A stretch of 64,000 nucleotides of DNA, taken from Treponematales bacterium (GTDB lineage: Bacteria; Spirochaetota; Spirochaetia; Treponematales; Treponemataceae). The notes beneath the pieces are model-generated. The model had not been told where the DNA came from and ran no database searches. It saw nothing but the letters and a program-made list of their open reading frames with translations. Positions 1-8,446 of the stretch are shown here, piece after piece. The first letter of the stretch is position 1; the number at the start of each line of letters is the position of its first letter. Both the position numbers and the translations under genes were made by a program. Location of the stretch: the NCBI GenBank assembly GCA_038248875.1, contig JBBRWY010000006.1, positions 4,094-68,093 on the forward strand, written 5' to 3'.

Positions 1-465
1 AATATCGTTAATGCCCACCACATCGGTGATGTTCGCGATCATCGCTTTTTGTTTGATATCGTTGTCGCGGATGAGGCGGTGCGCGTCAAAGAGTTTGAAG
101 GCCATTTTTATCGAGGCGTCAAGAATGGTGATTCCCGAGTTTTTGATGACATAGCCGTATGATGCGATTTTTTCTATTTTCTGTATGATTTCGGAATCGG
201 TCTGGTTGGAAAGAAAAATGACAGGTATTTCGCGTTCAGCCAGAATTTTTTTGGCTGCTTCCGTGCCGTCGCCTCCGTCCCCGAGATCGATGTCCATGAG
301 CACGAGATCGATGGAACGGTCTTTCCGGAACTGATCGAGCGCCTGATCGCTCGTATTTGCGATCTCGACTTCATAACCGTATTTATTGAGCGCCATTTTT
401 TCGCTCAACGCGATGATGATTTCATCCTCAACCAGGAGAATCTTTTTTTGTGCCCAGTCACTCAT
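1..465 (-). CDS. Response-regulator receiver + PAS sensor protein; N-terminal part only, since the gene runs off the left edge
   Basis: My own translation of the minus strand from the ATG at 463-465 gives MSDWAQKKILLVEDEIIIAL...DLVLMDIDLGDGGDGTEAAKKI...SYGYVIKNSGITILDASIKMAFKLF. It is absent from the ORF track because there is no stop in the window. By eye it is paralogous to the N-terminus of the 488..2902 product. Confidence 0.75.
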   Translation of the reverse strand, partial: MSDWAQKKILLVEDEIIIALSEKMALNKYGYEVEIANTSDQALDQFRKDRSIDLVLMDIDLGDGGDGTEAAKKILAEREIPVIFLSNQTDSEIIQKIEKIASYGYVIKNSGITILDASIKMAFKLFDAHRLIRDNDIKQKAMIANITDVVGINDI

Positions 466-487
466 GCAATCTGATCTCCTGTATATA

Positions 488-2902
488 TCATAAGCCGAAC
501 TCCAGAATAATTCTTGTATAGTCAGAGCGTTCGATGCGTATTTTTCCATCTATTTGTTTGGTTAGGCCAGCAACCAGCATCAGGCCGAAGCCGGTCGAGT
601 GCCCAAAATCTATATTTTCGGGGATACCATTGCCGTTATCCTCGATGATGACAGTAACCTGTTCGTTCTTTTCGGTAACAGACACGGATATCAGTCCACT
701 GTCCCGGCCGACAAAGGCGTATTTCATTATATTGGTCAAAAGTTCGTTGATGATGATTCCGAGCGGCTGGATTTTCTGCACGTCCATGATGAAATCGTCA
801 ATTCTCGGCGTGATACGGACGATGTTGCTGTTGGGGAAATTGGTCACGATTTCATGTATGAGTGTGGGCAGATATATAGCAACCGATATCTTGTTGAATT
901 CAGGCGACTGATACAGCTTGTTGTACAGCGTCATCATGCTCTTCACCCTGCTTCCCGCGTCATTCAGGGCTGATTTCGCGGCGGAATCCTTAAGGGTTTC
1001 CGCCTGCAGTGAAAGCAGGCCGTAGATTGTGTTCATGTTGTTCTTGATGCGATGGTGCACTTCCCTCAGGATGAGTTCTTTTTCTACCAAAAGGGCATTG
1101 ATGCGCTCTTCATCTTTTTTACGCTCGGTTATATCTTCCTTGAGTGCGAGAAAATGGGTGATTTTACCCGTCTCGTCTTTCACCGGCGAAATGACCGCCG
1201 ATTCCCAATAGTACTCGCCGTTTTTCTTTTTATTGTGGAACGTTCCGGACCAATTGCGTCCCGCCATTATTGTATCCCATAGTTCCTTGTAGTCCGAAGA
1301 AGGTTTCGATTCGTCCTTGAGGATGCGCGGATTCATCCCTTTCACTTCGGTTGCCGTGTATCCGGTTATTTCTTCGAATTTTGGATTGACGAATTCGATA
1401 TTTCCCTCGACATCGGTAATAACAGTGGTGACCGGACTCTGATCGATTGCGACGGAAAGAGTTCGCAGCAGTTGGTCTGATTTCCTGCTTTCGTCCTCTA
1501 TCCGTTTCAATTTATTCTGTATGTCGTGCAGGTTTTTTTCCGCATCCCGGCGTTCGCTTATGAAGCGGGCTTGCTGGATGTTCTGGTAGGCATTGGCTGA
1601 AAGTTGATTTGCCAGGGTAAACAGGTATTGGGCAACCTTTCGGAACTGCTCGTACGTCATCCGGGGAATTTCGTTGAAAGCTTCTATTACATCCGTTTCG
1701 TCCGCACCGATTTCACGCGCGTATTCGCGCATGTGCTCATCGCTCTGGCTTTCGTTGCGCACCTGTCCAATAAGCCAGTTTCCGATGTGTCGGCCCCCGA
1801 TAGATATGCTCGCCCCTGCGTCCCAAAGTCCGCCACTCAGGCAGGGCTGGATGCTCGGGCCGTCAGGGGCGTATCTGCCAAGTAGAGCGTCGGAACGGAA
1901 GCAGTTGATCCGGCCTTTTTCTGTGCAGCGGATGATATTTGCACACAACCTGCTGAAATTGCTTGGCCGCGTGATGGGAATTCCATTCAGATCGGTGATG
2001 ATCGATGCTACACCCATGGCGGCAGAAAATTCGTCCTGGATTCGTTGCAGCTCGGATGGATCAAACAGGTCGTCAAAGGTGATGTTTACGATCTCATTGA
2101 GGGGCTGTGTAAGCGCGATAATCCTCTTTTCCAGGGCCGATTCGAGCAACTTCCTTCCAGAAATATCATGATAATTGAGGAGAATACCACCGATAACCTG
2201 ATCGTTTGCTAGGTTGGTTGCGGTTAGCTCGATCATCTTGTAGGTGCCATTCGCGCACAGGTACCGAAATTCTATATCTTGCGATGCATTGTCCGTTTTG
2301 AGCAGCTGGTGGATGATTGCCTGCACGCGGTCAATATCTTCGCCATGAACCGACCGCCAGCTGCTTTTGCCTACTATGGTTTCCGATTTCCAGCCGAACA
2401 GTTTTTCGATGTTGGGACTTACGTAGGTTATGATGCCGTTGGCCTTCATGATGCTGATGACGTCCGAAATGTTCGAGATCATGTTTTTTTGTTTTGCTTC
2501 GGTTGCGGCGAGTCTCGTGTTGGCGGTAAAGAGTTTGAAGGCCATCTTGATAGAGGCAACGAGCACTGTTGTGTTTGAGTTCTTGACGACATAGCCATAG
2601 GAGGTGATCTGTTCCGTTTTTTCGACTATCGCCGGTTCGGAATGGCTCGACACGAACACGATCGGAATGTCTCGCACGCTGAGGATCACCTTGGCTGCAT
2701 CGATTCCGTCCATGCCGTCACCGAGGTCGATATCCATGAGAACGAGATCAATTGCGGGATGTATCTTGAACAGCTCGACGGCCTTCTCGCCCGAATTTGC
2801 AGTGAGAACGGAATATCCTGATTTTTCAAGATGAACCTTTCCCGCCATGGCTATGATGACTTCATCTTCCACGAGGAGCAGTGTTTTTTTTGAAGCCGGC
2901 AT
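488..2902 (-). CDS. Hybrid sensor kinase: REC - PAS - PocR-like sensory domain - PAS - HisKA_2/HWE-type kinase - HATPase
   Basis: Receiver motif LLLVEDE...DLVLMDIDLGDG. Cys-rich PocR-like block ITRPSNFSRLCANIIRCTEKGRINCFRSD...IQPCLSGGLWDAGASISIGGRHIGNWLIGQV. H-box HHRIKNNMNTIYGLLSLQ. ATPase block INELLTNIMKYAF...DNGNGIP...GFGL. Confidence 0.85.
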   Translation of the reverse strand: MPASKKTLLLVEDEVIIAMAGKVHLEKSGYSVLTANSGEKAVELFKIHPAIDLVLMDIDLGDGMDGIDAAKVILSVRDIPIVFVSSHSEPAIVEKTEQITSYGYVVKNSNTTVLVASIKMAFKLFTANTRLAATEAKQKNMISNISDVISIMKANGIITYVSPNIEKLFGWKSETIVGKSSWRSVHGEDIDRVQAIIHQLLKTDNASQDIEFRYLCANGTYKMIELTATNLANDQVIGGILLNYHDISGRKLLESALEKRIIALTQPLNEIVNITFDDLFDPSELQRIQDEFSAAMGVASIITDLNGIPITRPSNFSRLCANIIRCTEKGRINCFRSDALLGRYAPDGPSIQPCLSGGLWDAGASISIGGRHIGNWLIGQVRNESQSDEHMREYAREIGADETDVIEAFNEIPRMTYEQFRKVAQYLFTLANQLSANAYQNIQQARFISERRDAEKNLHDIQNKLKRIEDESRKSDQLLRTLSVAIDQSPVTTVITDVEGNIEFVNPKFEEITGYTATEVKGMNPRILKDESKPSSDYKELWDTIMAGRNWSGTFHNKKKNGEYYWESAVISPVKDETGKITHFLALKEDITERKKDEERINALLVEKELILREVHHRIKNNMNTIYGLLSLQAETLKDSAAKSALNDAGSRVKSMMTLYNKLYQSPEFNKISVAIYLPTLIHEIVTNFPNSNIVRITPRIDDFIMDVQKIQPLGIIINELLTNIMKYAFVGRDSGLISVSVTEKNEQVTVIIEDNGNGIPENIDFGHSTGFGLMLVAGLTKQIDGKIRIERSDYTRIILEFGL

Positions 2903-3026
2903 ATCGGGTCCCCTTATTGCTGGATGCAGAATTCGAGCGTATATTTCGTGCCTGACCGTTTCGTCAATGCCTCACTTCCTGTTTGTTTATAATTATACGC
3001 TATACAGTACCAAGTATTCAAATTAA

Positions 3027-4415
3027 ATGAAAAATTTATCGTCAAAAATGGCAATACCCCGTTCGGTGTATTATAGTTGTCTTATGAAAGTTCAGGGCTT
3101 GCTTGTTTTGGCTGCATCGGTTTTTTCGTTAGCGACAACCAGTATACTGTTTTTTTTCGCACAAACCGGATTTGGCTTGGCATTGGTAACCACCCTTGCT
3201 GCCTTTTTTACCGCTTCAGCTTCGCTGGTGCTCTATCTTCGGAGTGCACGTCCTCCTGAACCGAAGATTGCGGCGATTCCTCCCGTCAGGAGCTATGAGC
3301 TGCGTTTTTCGGAACTGATGGATGAGCTGCATTCCATTCTCGAAAAAACGCCTGAAAATATCCGAAAAATCATCGACTATCCCCTGTTTAACCGGATTTT
3401 AGCCGTCCGGACGACTGGTGAACTGGGGACCTTGATAATAGAAGCACACCGAAATCTCTTGAAAGCAGAAAAGATCATCTCGATTCTATCTGACAAAATC
3501 CTGACCGATAGCCAGGTTCTGCTTCCGCTTGCCGAGTCCATTATAAAGGCTGTTCCCCCGAAAACCGAAGAAGCCGCCTTCAATCTGATGGAGAAGTTTC
3601 TGGTTGTGCGCGAGGCTTCCGGCCGTGCTGCTACTTCTGCTCACATTCTACGAACCGATCTCGAAGATAGCAGCAGTGCAAAATCAATCATCTTTACGGC
3701 CGAAAACTCACGGAAGGCGGTGCATTCCGAGCGGGCTTCTATACGCGAACTGTCTGCCTGCACCCGCGAAAACAGCGAACACTTACAGGCAATGGGCAAG
3801 GAAATCGAGTCGGGTCTCGAGCTTCTAAAAAACATCACCGAAATAACTGAACGCTCCAAGCTTATCGCCTTCAATATGTCGATCGAAGCGGCCCGGATGG
3901 GCGAGAAGGGGCGCGGCGTCAAGGTTATTACCGCGGAGCTGCACAAGCTTAACGAGCGTACCTTCGGTTTTTCCCGGCAGGTTGCGGAACTGCTTGGCCG
4001 TTTCAGGGACTACAATACTATTCTGGTCAAGAATATTGAAGAGAAGGCCGGTGTTGTCGTGTCCGAGGTAGAGAAGGGGATTGATGCTTCGGAAGCGGCT
4101 GTTGAGTCTCTCATTTTCGCCTCAACCCGCACCGAAAATTTTACGAAGGAAATTGCACGGATGTCGGATGACATCAATCGAGGACTAGACGGCGTGCTCG
4201 AATCCCTGCAGTTCCAGGACATTACCCGCCAGATGATCGAAGGTGCACAGGGCATACTGGGCGAACTAAAGGCAAGCCTTGATCTGTCGCTGGGAGAGGA
4301 TATCAGGATCGACCAAAAAATTAAGCTTGAGCGGTTCAACGAAGTACGACAACGTCTGGTTGCTCACGCCAAAACAAAAGATGAAAAGACAGCAATGATG
4401 GGGGTACGATTATGA
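3027..4415 (+). CDS. Membrane-anchored MCP-like protein (divergent signalling hairpin) with a C-terminal FQDITRQ motif
   Basis: Two N-terminal hydrophobic helices (LLVLAASVFSLATTSILFFF, LALVTTLAAFFTASASLVLYL). MCP core LIAFNMSIEAARMGEKGRGVKVITAELHKLNERT. LQFQDITRQMIEG is encoded at 4212-4232. The stop overlaps the next ATG. Confidence 0.8.
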   Translation: MKNLSSKMAIPRSVYYSCLMKVQGLLVLAASVFSLATTSILFFFAQTGFGLALVTTLAAFFTASASLVLYLRSARPPEPKIAAIPPVRSYELRFSELMDELHSILEKTPENIRKIIDYPLFNRILAVRTTGELGTLIIEAHRNLLKAEKIISILSDKILTDSQVLLPLAESIIKAVPPKTEEAAFNLMEKFLVVREASGRAATSAHILRTDLEDSSSAKSIIFTAENSRKAVHSERASIRELSACTRENSEHLQAMGKEIESGLELLKNITEITERSKLIAFNMSIEAARMGEKGRGVKVITAELHKLNERTFGFSRQVAELLGRFRDYNTILVKNIEEKAGVVVSEVEKGIDASEAAVESLIFASTRTENFTKEIARMSDDINRGLDGVLESLQFQDITRQMIEGAQGILGELKASLDLSLGEDIRIDQKIKLERFNEVRQRLVAHAKTKDEKTAMMGVRL

Positions 4416-4765
4416 AAATTCTTTCCGTAGACGATTCTTCAACCATGAGGAAAATTATTTCTCTTGCATTGACCGGGGCCGGTCATACCGTAGAAGAGGC
4501 CGAAAACGGCCGTTTGGCTCTGGACAAACTGAAGAGCGGGTCGGTCGACTGCATCCTGCTCGACATAAATATGCCCGAAATGAACGGCATCGAATTTCTA
4601 AAAGCCCGAAAAACCGATCCGTCGATTTCCGGTATTCCCGTTTTTGTCTTGACCACACAGGACGAGGAATCCCTCAAAAAAGAGGCGCTGTCTCTCGGCG
4701 CGAAGGGATTCATCATCAAGCCATTCCAGAAAGAGGCGCTACTCGCGGCCCTCAAGAGCTTGTAG
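4412..4765 (+). CDS. CheY-like single-domain response regulator
   Basis: 117 aa with MKILSVDDSSTMRKI...ILLDINMPEMNG...FIIKPF. ATGA overlap with the upstream gene. Confidence 0.85.
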   Translation: MKILSVDDSSTMRKIISLALTGAGHTVEEAENGRLALDKLKSGSVDCILLDINMPEMNGIEFLKARKTDPSISGIPVFVLTTQDEESLKKEALSLGAKGFIIKPFQKEALLAALKSL

Positions 4766-4766
4766 A

Positions 4767-5111
4767 TTATACAAGGTTTTTATCGTTCCGGTGCCAGGCA
4801 AACAGGGTTTCGCTCTCCTCGAGGAAGCCCTGCTTGAACCAGAACTCGCGCGCAGTAAAACGCACGCGGTCGGCATACACAAGCGGGTACTGTGACTTGA
4901 AAAAGTCGATTACCGCGCTTGCGAAGCCGTTGTGTTCATATTCGGGGTATATCATTATGGAAAAAATAGTGATCTTGTCTGCTTCGATCCTGCATCGTGA
5001 TTTTCCCACCTGAACCGTATCGTTTTCGATATCAAACCAGTCATAGTCCCCAAGCTCTGCGCGCCGTTCCTGACGTATTAAATCGAGTTCCCTTCCAATA
5101 TGTTTTTTCAT
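4767..5111 (-). CDS. Small GNAT-like acetyltransferase (putative)
   Basis: Start trimmed to MKKHIGREL (ATG at 5109-5111), which forms an ATGA overlap with the upstream stop. IMIYPEYEHNGFASAVIDFF resembles GNAT motif A. The longer ORF-track start would overlap the deacetylase gene. Confidence 0.5.
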   Translation of the reverse strand: MKKHIGRELDLIRQERRAELGDYDWFDIENDTVQVGKSRCRIEADKITIFSIMIYPEYEHNGFASAVIDFFKSQYPLVYADRVRFTAREFWFKQGFLEESETLFAWHRNDKNLV

Positions 5112-5887
5112 CCGGCAAAACCCCGGCAAAATGCTGCCGTATTGGAGCCAAGGTCCTGTAAAAAGTAGCCTCCCTCGAGTACGGTAAACCGGCGGCCGTT
5201 GCAAACGCGGCGCGATGCCGCCCGTATCAGTTGGCCGAGTTTTTCGAAGTCCTCTGTTTCGAGGCGATGGCCAACATCCTGTATATAGAGGTCAAAACCC
5301 GCGGATACGGCGATAATATCGGTCTCTCCAATATCTGAAAGCCGCTGTTCTACCAGTTCGAGATAGCCTGATGCGCTGTCCGCGTATGGATTAAATATGG
5401 TCGCTTCTTTCCAGCTTCTCAGGATGTTTCGGGTGCCGTCACCCGTATGAGCGTCAATATCGATAACAAAGGCACGTGCGATTTTTTTTTCCTGTTTCAG
5501 GGTAAGAAGGGCAACGGCAAGATTATTGAAGGTGCAGTGGCCCCAAGCACTGTCGCGCGAGGCGTGATGTCCCGGCGGGCGAATGCAAGCGAAGGCCGGT
5601 TTTCCCTTTAGGGCGAGTTCCGCTGCGAGAATGGCTCCGCCTGCTGCAAGGCGTGCCATTGCAAACAATGCCGCGTTTTCCTGTATTGCTTCGATGTAGG
5701 TCTTATCATGCGCGAGGGAAATTTCCTCGATTGTCGCATTGCGTGCAGGAATTCTGTCGATGGTGCTTTCGCTCAGCTCCGATGTAGCGGCCTCCATTCT
5801 TCCGGGAAGGGAAGCATTGTTGTCGGCATACAATGAATTGGTAAAACGATCATCGTAAACAAGGATCAAGCCGTCAATTCTGCTCAT
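5108..5887 (-). CDS. Zn-dependent deacetylase of the histone deacetylase/AcuC/acetylpolyamine amidohydrolase family
   Basis: IRPPGHHASRD (His-His pair), IDIDAHTGDGT (Asp-His-Asp metal ligands) and VLEGGYF (catalytic Tyr) are all present. Confidence 0.8.
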   Translation of the reverse strand: MSRIDGLILVYDDRFTNSLYADNNASLPGRMEAATSELSESTIDRIPARNATIEEISLAHDKTYIEAIQENAALFAMARLAAGGAILAAELALKGKPAFACIRPPGHHASRDSAWGHCTFNNLAVALLTLKQEKKIARAFVIDIDAHTGDGTRNILRSWKEATIFNPYADSASGYLELVEQRLSDIGETDIIAVSAGFDLYIQDVGHRLETEDFEKLGQLIRAASRRVCNGRRFTVLEGGYFLQDLGSNTAAFCRGFAG

Positions 5888-6491
5888 GGGATCGGCTTAC
5901 ATGTTCGAGGCTGGTTTTGATGAAACCGGCCGCGTCGGTGGTGATGGGCGCACCGTGCCCGGGATAAATGGCACGGATGTTCAGGGAATCCAGACGTTCG
6001 AGGGATTGGCGGTATGCCTTTGTATAACTTCCCGAGTCATCCGAAATTCTGAACACGGTGTCTCCGGAGAAAAGAGTGCCTGAAATCGGGAGATAAATAC
6101 ACAGTGAATCGTCGGAATGACCGGGAGTATGCATAATAATTGCGTCTTCGTCTCCTACCATTATGTGCATGTTGTCAGTTGTGTTTTCGTATCTGCCGGG
6201 AATGCCTATCCATGAATAGAGAAGGGGATTGAATTGGTGCACGATTCCCTTGAGCCCGCCTGCGTGGTCGTAGTGTCCGTGGGTAAGGATTACCTGTTCG
6301 ATGGCCATCTTGCCGATTCCCTTTGACTGGCTTGCCATCTCCCGCATGAAATAACCGAGATTGGAAAGGTTTGTGGAGCCGGTGTCTATGAGTGTGTTTC
6401 GGTCTTTCGGTTCGTTTCGGTTGCCGAGAATCCAGTACACGGTGCAGGAGTAATCCGATTCGCTGTTCTGGTGCAGCGGGATGATGCGCAC
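5874..6491 (-). CDS. MBL-fold metallo-hydrolase
   Basis: LTHGHYDHAGG (HxHxDH) and a later HTPGHSDDS. GTG start. 14-nt overlap with the downstream gene. Confidence 0.8.
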   Translation of the reverse strand: MRIIPLHQNSESDYSCTVYWILGNRNEPKDRNTLIDTGSTNLSNLGYFMREMASQSKGIGKMAIEQVILTHGHYDHAGGLKGIVHQFNPLLYSWIGIPGRYENTTDNMHIMVGDEDAIIMHTPGHSDDSLCIYLPISGTLFSGDTVFRISDDSGSYTKAYRQSLERLDSLNIRAIYPGHGAPITTDAAGFIKTSLEHVSRSHEQN

Positions 6492-6493
6492 TT

Positions 6494-7108
6494 TCAGCCT
6501 TCTTCTTTCCGGAACAAAGGCTTGCCCGCCTCGGCGCGCACAAAACGACTGGCAAATTCGGCCGGCATAGCCTGGAATCCGTCAAGCACGAGAAAGCCGT
6601 TCGGCACAAGGGTATCGAAGAACATCTGGAGTACCTTCAGCTGATCTTCCGGAGTAAAATGCATCAGCACATTTTTACAGACGATCAGCGACTTATGATT
6701 TTCCGGCGCCTGAAAGGTCAAAAGGTCATGTTTCAGGTACCGCACTTTTTCTCGAATGTCCGGAGTGAGGCGAAAAGTATCCGGATCATCGGTGGCAATA
6801 AAATGCGTATTCCGAAATTTTTCGGGTACCCAGAATACGTCCTTCTTGCTGTACTTGGCTTTCTTTATGCGATTCTCGAACTGGGGGAAATTACTTTCCT
6901 CGAGATCTGTCGCGAGGATGTCCAGATTGCGGAAACTGAAGGGACCCAGGTGCTCGGCAAACACAATGGCCAGGGTAAACGGTTCTTCTCCCGAGGCACA
7001 TCCAGCATCCCATACACGAATTTCCTGCTGCTGGATCATCGCGGGCAGCGCTATCTTGACGATTGCTTCCAGAGCGTCGGGATCTCTGAAGAACGAGGTG
7101 TAGGCCAT
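6494..7108 (-). CDS. CheR-type SAM methyltransferase lacking the N-terminal helical domain
   Basis: Begins directly at the FFRD motif (MAYTSFFRDPDALEAI), followed by IRVWDAGCASGEEPFTLAIVF. The start overlaps the upstream stop by 1 nt. Confidence 0.75.
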   Translation of the reverse strand: MAYTSFFRDPDALEAIVKIALPAMIQQQEIRVWDAGCASGEEPFTLAIVFAEHLGPFSFRNLDILATDLEESNFPQFENRIKKAKYSKKDVFWVPEKFRNTHFIATDDPDTFRLTPDIREKVRYLKHDLLTFQAPENHKSLIVCKNVLMHFTPEDQLKVLQMFFDTLVPNGFLVLDGFQAMPAEFASRFVRAEAGKPLFRKEEG

Positions 7109-7569
7109 CAGTAACGGTAGCGGACGGAACTGAGCGTGATGTTCAGGGGTTCGTCTTCTGCGGTCATGAAGACCTTCGCCACGACGTTTCCTTGGGATTG
7201 TTTCTCAAAATATAGATACTGCGGAAGCTCCAGCTGAATTTCGGAACCCGTACCGAAATATGCCGACAGGAAGGCGCCGGCAATAATATTGAGCATTTCG
7301 AGAATCGAATCCTCGCCATTTTTTTTCTGGATGGAATCGGGTGAGTCTCCGTACAGATTTTCCACAATTTTGTTCCTGAGTCCCCCTGAAAGTCGCAGTT
7401 CGATACGGCAGGAAAAAGGAGCTAACACATCAATGGCCACACACCTTTCGTCTGTAACCGGAACACTTTCCGATTTCTGCACGTCGATGAATGCCATATC
7501 GGCGAAAACGGACGAGACACAGTCTGCAAGGAGTTCGGCAGCTTTTTCCGGATCAATATTATCGCTCAT
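7108..7569 (-). CDS. CheX-like CheY-P phosphatase (putative)
   Basis: 153 aa. DSILEMLNIIAGAFLS contains an ExxN (EMLN) in a context resembling the CheX/CheC active-site helix. Sits between cheY and cheR-like with overlapping stop/start codons. Confidence 0.6.
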   Translation of the reverse strand: MSDNIDPEKAAELLADCVSSVFADMAFIDVQKSESVPVTDERCVAIDVLAPFSCRIELRLSGGLRNKIVENLYGDSPDSIQKKNGEDSILEMLNIIAGAFLSAYFGTGSEIQLELPQYLYFEKQSQGNVVAKVFMTAEDEPLNITLSSVRYRY

Positions 7570-7943
7570 TGAGTACCTCCAAAAATGCGCATTATTTTTT
7601 CGGGAGAAACGGGTTTTTTTATGATGTCGGTAATCCCGAGTTTTTTCATTTCTATTTCTATTGAACCATCAGCAATGCTTGATGTGACGACAACCGGTAT
7701 GTGTGCGGTAACGCTTTTGTTTTTCAAAAGGCGGATGAAGGTTTGTCCATCCATCTTCGGCATATTGATATCGGTGAATATGAGGTCGATTGTGTTGTCG
7801 TCTATTATCGAAAGGCCATCGATCCCGTTCTCGGCATACAAGAATGCGTCAACCTCGATTCCGGTCATTTCGATGCACCGCTGGATAATCATACGGGAGG
7901 TTGGTGAATCATCGACGATCAAAACGTTTTTATAGTGTTGCAT
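7566..7943 (-). CDS. cheY: CheY response regulator
   Basis: 125 aa with VLIVDDSPTSRMI...DLIFTDINMPKMDG...IIKKPV. Confidence 0.85.
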   Translation of the reverse strand: MQHYKNVLIVDDSPTSRMIIQRCIEMTGIEVDAFLYAENGIDGLSIIDDNTIDLIFTDINMPKMDGQTFIRLLKNKSVTAHIPVVVTSSIADGSIEIEMKKLGITDIIKKPVSPEKIMRIFGGTQ

Positions 7944-7966
7944 TCTGTCTCTCCTTGGAACTGTGC

Positions 7967-8446
7967 CTAAATTTTCCAGTCTTTATTTCCGGAAGAAATG
8001 GTCGTTTCGCTTTCTCCGACCGTGATCGAAACCGTTCTACTTATTTCTCCACCGGTATCCTCGGCGACTGCACCGAGCGAGCTTTTCCAGAGGATACGCT
8101 TGGCGGCAAGAATATTCCGTTTTCCAATATCGAAGATCCCCTTGTCGTCCATAACCGAAGCGCCCCCAACCAGTTTAACCTGAATGTGTGCGCGTACAGA
8201 TCCTCGTCCTTTCATATCCTCAATCATTAAGGGCAACCCTCTATCTGCGAAATAGCCCGGGGTCTTTTTCCCTTTCTCGGGATCAATGGACGAGTCGGGG
8301 AGTGCGATATGGATCATGCCGGCAATACCAAGCTTGACATCAAAAATCATAACAGCGAGGCAAGATCCTAGAGCGTACGTTTTAATAACATCTCCCGGAT
8401 TTGAGGAAACAACCCATTCGCCGATTCCGACAACATGTACACTCAT
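7967..8446 (-). CDS. cheD: Chemoreceptor glutamine deamidase CheD
   Basis: YALGSCLAVMIFD...GMIHIALPDS. Size 159 aa. ATGA overlap with cheB. Confidence 0.85.
   Translation of the reverse strand: MSVHVVGIGEWVVSSNPGDVIKTYALGSCLAVMIFDVKLGIAGMIHIALPDSSIDPEKGKKTPGYFADRGLPLMIEDMKGRGSVRAHIQVKLVGGASVMDDKGIFDIGKRNILAAKRILWKSSLGAVAEDTGGEISRTVSITVGESETTISSGNKDWKI

Noticed and set aside
174-374. 66-aa ORF from the track
   Set aside because: It is in the wrong frame inside the partial receiver-domain gene, whose real frame has no stop in the window.
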